From a bacterium (GTDB lineage Archaea > Thermoplasmatota > E2 > JACPAO01 > JAHFTW01), in contig JAZJZE010000003.1 of assembly GCA_040390065.1 (NCBI GenBank), forward strand, positions 30,239-94,238: a DNA stretch of 64,000 bases. The letters run 5' to 3'. Below the pieces are notes generated by a model. The model was given only the letters and a program-made list of their open reading frames with translations, had not been told where the DNA came from and ran no database searches. This document shows, piece by piece, positions 58,960 through 64,000 of this stretch. A program made the translations under genes and the position numbers. Each line of letters begins with the position of its first letter. Positions within the stretch are counted from its first letter, which is position 1.

Positions 58960-59616
58960 ATGGACGACGAGATTACCACCCAGACAAACACGCCCGACCT
59001 CGAAGCCATCGCCACGGCCACCGCCACTCCGGCGGCCAAGAAGGTCGACCTCCCCGAGACCCCGGTCTTCGGCAAGTACACGAGCCGCGGCATCGAGTGC
59101 CCCGATGTCGGCCTCGCACGCTACATCAGCCTCGAAGCCATTGGTGTGATGCACCACAGCGCCCGCCACGCCAACAAGCACTTCGGCAAGACCAAGGTGC
59201 ACGTCGTCGAGCGCCTCATCAACGACCTCATGCGCAGCGAGACGTACCAGGGCAAGAAGTCGAAGGCCTACAAGGCCGTCGAGAACGCCTTCGTGCGCAT
59301 CGCCGACAAGACGAAGGAGAACCCGGTCCAGGTCCTCGTGACCGCCATCCACAACGCAGCACCCCGTGAGGAAGTCACGCGCCTGCGCTACGGCGGCATC
59401 AACGTGCCGAAGTCCGTCGACGTCGCCCCCCTGCGCCGCCTCAACGTCGCCCTGCGGCACATCGCCACGGGCGCCACGACGGCCTCGTTCAAGTCGACGA
59501 AGCCCATCGACCAGTGCCTGGCCGATGAGATCCTGAAGGCCTACAAGAACGACCCGCAGTCGTTCGCCGTCGGGAAGAAAGACGAAGTGGAACGCGTCGC
59601 GAAGTCGGCCCGTTAG
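58960..59616 (+). CDS. rps7: Ribosomal protein uS7
   Basis: VVERLINDLM, ENPVQVL, APREEVTR, VDVAPLRR, KKDEVERVAKSAR. Confidence 0.97.
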   Translation: MDDEITTQTNTPDLEAIATATATPAAKKVDLPETPVFGKYTSRGIECPDVGLARYISLEAIGVMHHSARHANKHFGKTKVHVVERLINDLMRSETYQGKKSKAYKAVENAFVRIADKTKENPVQVLVTAIHNAAPREEVTRLRYGGINVPKSVDVAPLRRLNVALRHIATGATTASFKSTKPIDQCLADEILKAYKNDPQSFAVGKKDEVERVAKSAR

Positions 59617-59814
59617 GGCCGCTTGGCCGCATGCGCGGAGGAATTTCCCCGACGGCGAACAGCCCGCGCCGCTGCGCGAAGCGGGCGGGGCGTGGCGGAC
59701 CTGCTGCCGACCGTCAGGACGGCAGCAGGGCAAGCGGAGGACGCCGCCGCGTCCTGCGCGTTCGCAGCGGGCAAGAAGGACGAGGTCGAGCGCGTGGCCA
59801 AGAGCGCCCGCTAA
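59561..59814 (+). mobile_element. 198-bp palindromic insertion at the rps7 3' end, with duplicated and synonymously recoded C-terminus
   Basis: GKKDEVERVAKSAR* is encoded twice 198 nt apart; 9 of 14 codons plus the stop differ, all synonymously; the intervening DNA is hairpin-rich. Confidence 0.8.
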
Positions 59815-59822
59815 GGCCTTCC

Positions 59823-60587
59823 ATGCCTTCACGCGCCGCGGAAATCTGCGCCGCGGTGGCCTGCCTCGTGTTGCTCAGCGGATGCGCTTCAAACACCAGC
59901 AGTTTGGGCTCCAGCCCTACGTCGGAATCCGCCGCCCCCCGAGTGGACAATCTCGAACGGGACGTCGACGTCGGCGGGGGGATCAACGCACTCCAGGGAA
60001 CGGTGGTTGTCATGGTGAGCGGAGCAGACGGAAACTTCAGCCACGGCTCCATCCGGCAGAACCTCACCTTTCGCTACGACGTGTGGAGCGACGACGGTTG
60101 GGACCTTGCCATTGCAGTCGCAGATTCGAGCGGCAATTCCTCCGCCCGGGCGGGCCTTGGACTGCGCGTGTCCTGTCGGTTGAGCGAGACGCGCTTGTCG
60201 ACGGCCAACTTCACTCGGTTCGATGGGCACGAGTCCGTCTATCGGAGCGGTGGCCCCAACGATTGCCCACTCCGGCTAGGTCGAAGTTTCCCCATCCCCA
60301 GCCAGGTCGCAAACATGAGTTCCCAAGGCCGCTGGTACGTGGCATCGTGGCTGAGAGTCGTGACGCTTCCCAGTCTCTCCAGCCCCAAAACCCTAGCCGA
60401 AGATCGCACCCAATTCAACGCGACATTCGTTGGATTCGGAAGCATTCGGCAGGCGTTCACGGCAGCCCTGGCACGAGAAGCCGGCAATGTGACGAGTCTC
60501 TTCGTGGGTGGCGTGTCGCACCAGTCTGACGGGTCGACAGAGCTCGTGATCCTCCGCGGGGAGTTCCTTTACGGCCCGCGGTCGTAG
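59823..60587 (+). CDS. Hypothetical lipoprotein
   Basis: ACLVLLSGC lipobox; atypical codon usage. Confidence 0.7.
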   Translation: MPSRAAEICAAVACLVLLSGCASNTSSLGSSPTSESAAPRVDNLERDVDVGGGINALQGTVVVMVSGADGNFSHGSIRQNLTFRYDVWSDDGWDLAIAVADSSGNSSARAGLGLRVSCRLSETRLSTANFTRFDGHESVYRSGGPNDCPLRLGRSFPIPSQVANMSSQGRWYVASWLRVVTLPSLSSPKTLAEDRTQFNATFVGFGSIRQAFTAALAREAGNVTSLFVGGVSHQSDGSTELVILRGEFLYGPRS

Positions 60588-60758
60588 CACAAGCCCGCGT
60601 GACGGCGCTACGCTGAAGTGCGTCGGTTCCGTCAGCTGGCGGCCCCGGCGTCGCTGCCGTTCCTCTCTCCTGCTTCCCTTGCCCAGCCGCCAACGCCTTC
60701 CTCGCCGAAGCCCGTCGCCTCTGGCAAGCCGCCCGACGGCCGTCGCCGGCCGCTTGAC

Positions 60759-61163
60759 CTAGAGCACGCGCCGCAAGCCCTTCTCTTCGCTCTCAATCAG
60801 GTCGAGCACTTCCCGCAACCGCACGAGGCGGACGGGCTTCTCGATGACATCGTAGGCGCCCGCGCTGACGACGGCCCGCACGCGGGCGCTTTCCCGGTCG
60901 AGGCCGGTCACGATGACAATCTTGGCAAGGGGCGCCAGTTCCAGGATTTCGTGCGCGGCGCCGTCGCCAGCGTCGCCGCCCAAGTCCATGTCGAGGAAGG
61001 TGAGCGTCGGCTTCTTCTCCAAGAACAGGCGCACGGCATCCGCCCGCGTCGATGCGGTCGTGATGCCCGCGGCCGGGACGCCGAGGCGCTGCAGGGCCTT
61101 CGACATCGATTCGAGGATCGCCGGCGCGTCATCGACGATGAGCACCTTGGCGGGGGGCGGCAT
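60759..61163 (-). CDS. Single-domain response regulator (REC)
   Basis: VLIVDD, FLDMDL phospho-Asp, VTG, IEKP. Confidence 0.92.
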   Translation of the reverse strand: MPPPAKVLIVDDAPAILESMSKALQRLGVPAAGITTASTRADAVRLFLEKKPTLTFLDMDLGGDAGDGAAHEILELAPLAKIVIVTGLDRESARVRAVVSAGAYDVIEKPVRLVRLREVLDLIESEEKGLRRVL

Positions 61164-61186
61164 CGGTTCTCCAGGCCCGCCGAACT

Positions 61187-63706
61187 TCAAGAGGGTTTGC
61201 TAGGGTCGGGCGGCATGTCTGGGCCCGTTTCGTCGACGATGTCGATGCCGGCCAGCGGGGGTTCGTTCGACGGCTCCACAGCGTCGAGGTTTCCCTTCTC
61301 GGCTGTGGGAACCGCGGTGGCGGAGGCGTGGATGGGGAGCGTGAACCAGAACGTCGATCCCGTGCCGGGGCCGTCGCTCGTGCAGCCGATGCGGCCGCCG
61401 TGGCCTTCGATGATGCCCTTCGAGATGTACAGACCCAATCCAGTCCCCTTCGCCTTCTCGGCCTCACCGTGCACTTGGCTGAACGGCCTGAAGAGTCGCA
61501 TCCGGTCCTCTTCCGTCAGGCCCAAGCCGGTGTCCACGACCTCCACGAACGCTTCCTGCTCGTCGACGCTCAGCCGAACGTCGATGCGGCCGCCACTGGG
61601 GGTGAACTTGAGGGCGTTGTTGAGGAAATTCGTGAGCACGCGCCGCACGTTTGCCTGGTCCGCGTGCACCTCGACGGCATCGGGTCCCGACGCGGACAGT
61701 TGGACTTGGGCGGAGGCGGCTTGGATGGCGTAGGACTGCACGGCGCTGCGCACCAGGGCGCCGAGATCGAGTGGCGCCGGGGTCAGCCGCAGCTTGCCCG
61801 ACTGCAGCTTGGCCGCGTCGCGCAGGTCCTTGACGAGCGCTTCGAGCTGTGTGACGTTGCTGCGCACGACCTGCAGGGCATCGGCTTCCTCCGGCCTCTC
61901 CTTCGAGGCATCGGCAAGGAGGTCGAGCTGCAATTGGATGGGCGTGAGAGGATTCGCCAGGTCGTGGGCTGCGTTGTTGACGAACTGCAGGAGCTCCTCC
62001 TTGTTGCGCATCTCGTCCATGAGGTCGGCGACGCGCGCCTCGGAGTCGGCCTCCGTCACGGCCGCGATTCTTGCCGCAGCCTTGCGGTGCCGTCGCCGGG
62101 TCACGACGACGGCGGTCGGCGCGGACAAGACCGCCAATCCCGCCAGGGGCATGATCCAAGGGCCATACCATGGGCCAGGGACCGCGACCTGGACGCCGGC
62201 GACGGCAAAGAGGCTGAAACTCCCGACTTCGGCCTGCATGACGAGGGTACCGTTGGTGTCGTCGACGACCGTGAGGTTCTGCTGCGTCCAGGCGTTGTCG
62301 TGGTAGTGGAACAGGACGGGACGGCACGCCGGCGGGGAGCACGCGGCCATCCAGGAACCTGGGACGCGGACTTGCAGCAGGGCGCTGTCGGGCTCGACTT
62401 CGGCGCCAGTGGCGTCGCGCAGGGTGGCCTCGAAGATGGACGTCGGAGCCGTGATCATGCCTGGAGGAGGCGCGCCGGCGGGCAGCCCATAGACGGGGGA
62501 GATGCTGAGCTCCAACGAGCCGGTGGCATTGGGGAGGCGCACGACGACGGATTCGAGGCCGCAACTCGCGGGGAACGGGACGACGATGCGCTCGCCCGGG
62601 GCGGTCGGCAGGATGGCGGCGGTGCACGGCAGGAGCTTGTTGGGGACCTTGTCGGGGACCGCTCGCTCCTCGACTTGCGGGTCTTCGTATGTGAACCAGG
62701 CCGAGTCGGAGCCGTGGGGGCCCTGCACGCTGAGGGCGACGAGGCCGGCAAGAGGGCGTGGCGGCGCGACGACGAGCAGCTGACCGGCTTCGTCCAGGCG
62801 GAATTCGGCCGGCTGCGTACCGAACGTGACGGCGGTAACCTCCTCGAGGCGGACGCCGTGCACGGTGACGGAGGTGCCGCCGGCCGTCGGGCCCTGCACC
62901 GGCGTGATGGCGTCCATCGCGGGCCCGGGGATTGGCGGTGGCGCGACGGGGGCTGGGGCTGGGGCTGGGGAGGGGCTCGGGGCCGCGGGGGGTGGTGGCA
63001 GCGGTGTCGCTACGGGCGCCGCTGTCGTGGAGGTCGCGGAGGGGGCCGACGAGGATGTGGTGCTCGACGTGGAGGTTGGCCCCGTGGTGGATGTCGACGA
63101 GCTGGTCGCGCCGGTCGAGGTCGTGAAGGCCGTCGTTGACGAGGCGGAGGTCGTGGACGGCGAGGATGTCGTCGTCGAGGACGTGGCCGAGGTGGACGTT
63201 GATGACGTCGAAGGGGTCGTCGTGGTGGTTGACGACGTCGTGGAGGTCGTCGACGTCGTAGAGGTAGTCGACGTCGTGGAGGCCGTGGATGTCGTGGTGC
63301 TGGTCGTGGACGAGGTGCTCGAGGTCGTGGAGGAGGGCGGGGTATCGTAGGTGAACGGGATTGTCGCCGTTCCCCCGCTGGACGAGATGCTGACGGTGAC
63401 GGCCCCGGCTGCCGAGCCGGCGGGCGACGTGGCCGTGATGTGGCCGCCACTGTCGACGGTGAAGGTCGCCGCCTGGCTGCCGAACGAGACACTGGTGACC
63501 CCCGCCAGCTTGCGGCCCACGAGGGCGACCGACGTCCCCCCCGCTAGCGCGCCGTGGTTTGGTGTGATGGAATCGACTTCCGGCGCGGCCGCAGCCTCGG
63601 CGGCCGGGGAGACGAGGAGAAGGGAAATCCCCAGGAGGAAGCCCATGGCAGCCACGGCCCCGGCACGCCGCGGCGCACCTGCCGCCTTGCTGCCACTGCC
63701 AAGCAT
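61187..63706 (-). CDS. Sensor histidine kinase with IPT/TIG domains, Ser/Thr- and Pro-rich linkers and a PGF-pre-PGF-like ectodomain
   Basis: ITPNHGALAGGTSV and ITPVQGPTAGGTSV TIG repeats; GSFSLFAV; TM; AHDLANPL H-box, NFLNNALKF, DTGLG, GTGLGL; start uncertain (63706 or 63646). Confidence 0.92.
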   Translation of the reverse strand: MLGSGSKAAGAPRRAGAVAAMGFLLGISLLLVSPAAEAAAAPEVDSITPNHGALAGGTSVALVGRKLAGVTSVSFGSQAATFTVDSGGHITATSPAGSAAGAVTVSISSSGGTATIPFTYDTPPSSTTSSTSSTTSTTTSTASTTSTTSTTSTTSTTSSTTTTTPSTSSTSTSATSSTTTSSPSTTSASSTTAFTTSTGATSSSTSTTGPTSTSSTTSSSAPSATSTTAAPVATPLPPPPAAPSPSPAPAPAPVAPPPIPGPAMDAITPVQGPTAGGTSVTVHGVRLEEVTAVTFGTQPAEFRLDEAGQLLVVAPPRPLAGLVALSVQGPHGSDSAWFTYEDPQVEERAVPDKVPNKLLPCTAAILPTAPGERIVVPFPASCGLESVVVRLPNATGSLELSISPVYGLPAGAPPPGMITAPTSIFEATLRDATGAEVEPDSALLQVRVPGSWMAACSPPACRPVLFHYHDNAWTQQNLTVVDDTNGTLVMQAEVGSFSLFAVAGVQVAVPGPWYGPWIMPLAGLAVLSAPTAVVVTRRRHRKAAARIAAVTEADSEARVADLMDEMRNKEELLQFVNNAAHDLANPLTPIQLQLDLLADASKERPEEADALQVVRSNVTQLEALVKDLRDAAKLQSGKLRLTPAPLDLGALVRSAVQSYAIQAASAQVQLSASGPDAVEVHADQANVRRVLTNFLNNALKFTPSGGRIDVRLSVDEQEAFVEVVDTGLGLTEEDRMRLFRPFSQVHGEAEKAKGTGLGLYISKGIIEGHGGRIGCTSDGPGTGSTFWFTLPIHASATAVPTAEKGNLDAVEPSNEPPLAGIDIVDETGPDMPPDPSKPS

Positions 63707-63946
63707 CACCAGACTCCTCCCTGCACGTGGGCCCCCCCTGGGAGGCGCCCGTACAACGTCCGACCCCCCGGCCTCATGGAAAAGGATTGTGGAGACCCCG
63801 GTGGTCCAGGAGGACACCTGGAGGGCGAGGGGCAGGCCGCCTCCAGCACCCGGATTCGGCCTTCGGTGCCGGGGACTCCGGCGGCCGGGGCTTGGCGCCA
63901 TGCCGTCGGATGCCGCAACCCCGGGTTGCTGGACCACGGACGCGCC

Positions 63947-64000
<54 letters not shown>

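Noticed and set aside
59548-59765. Bulge-helix-bulge intron explanation for the rps7 insertion
   Set aside because: The boundaries can pair (GAACG-ACC-CGCAG with CTGCG-CGTTC), but there is one bulge, on the wrong side of a 5-bp helix for a canonical BHB; rps7 is also complete without splicing.
59614-59814. UAG readthrough (pyrrolysine) giving an extended uS7, or a separate 63-aa gene at 59623
   Set aside because: No pyl genes in the window; the intervening frame has non-host codons and is explained by palindromic DNA.
60588-60758. Third MITE between the convergent lipoprotein and response regulator genes
   Set aside because: No terminal inverted repeats or target duplication found.
63030-63340. 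Val/Glu/Asp-rich ORF on the + strand (62826-63350)
   Set aside because: Antisense reading of the Ser/Thr linker of the histidine kinase.

Overview
High-GC archaeal chromosomal window, probably Thermoplasmatota (inferred from gene content, not from a database search). Housekeeping genes: thermosome, folD, Sec61beta, L7Ae-S28e-L24e, topoisomerase VI B/A, archaeal LeuRS, gdhA and uS12-uS7. They are interspersed with many lipoproteins and surface proteins (two tandem PKD/TSP3 paralogs, an IPT/TIG-ectodomain histidine kinase) and some bacterial-type genes (speA, DeaD/DbpA helicase). No rRNA, tRNA, CRISPR array or transposase was found. The unusual signal is a layer of small palindromic elements. 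(1) A GxxExxY PD-(D/E)XK nuclease gene is flanked by a 10-bp inverted repeat built on a 9-nt-period motif, and the same motif marks two dispersed repeat families (3 copies each). (2) Two MITE-like elements sit at CTAG/CTAA sites formed by stop codons of convergent genes. (3) A 198-bp palindromic insertion at the 3' end of rps7 duplicates the last 14 codons with synonymous-only recoding. (4) An in-frame palindromic insertion lies in leuS. Also notable are a degenerate chaperonin paralog lacking ATPase motifs, a probable AUC start codon for rps12 and a tail-anchored, apparently inactive Mrr-like protein. The window ends in a poly-G run, most likely a sequencing artefact.
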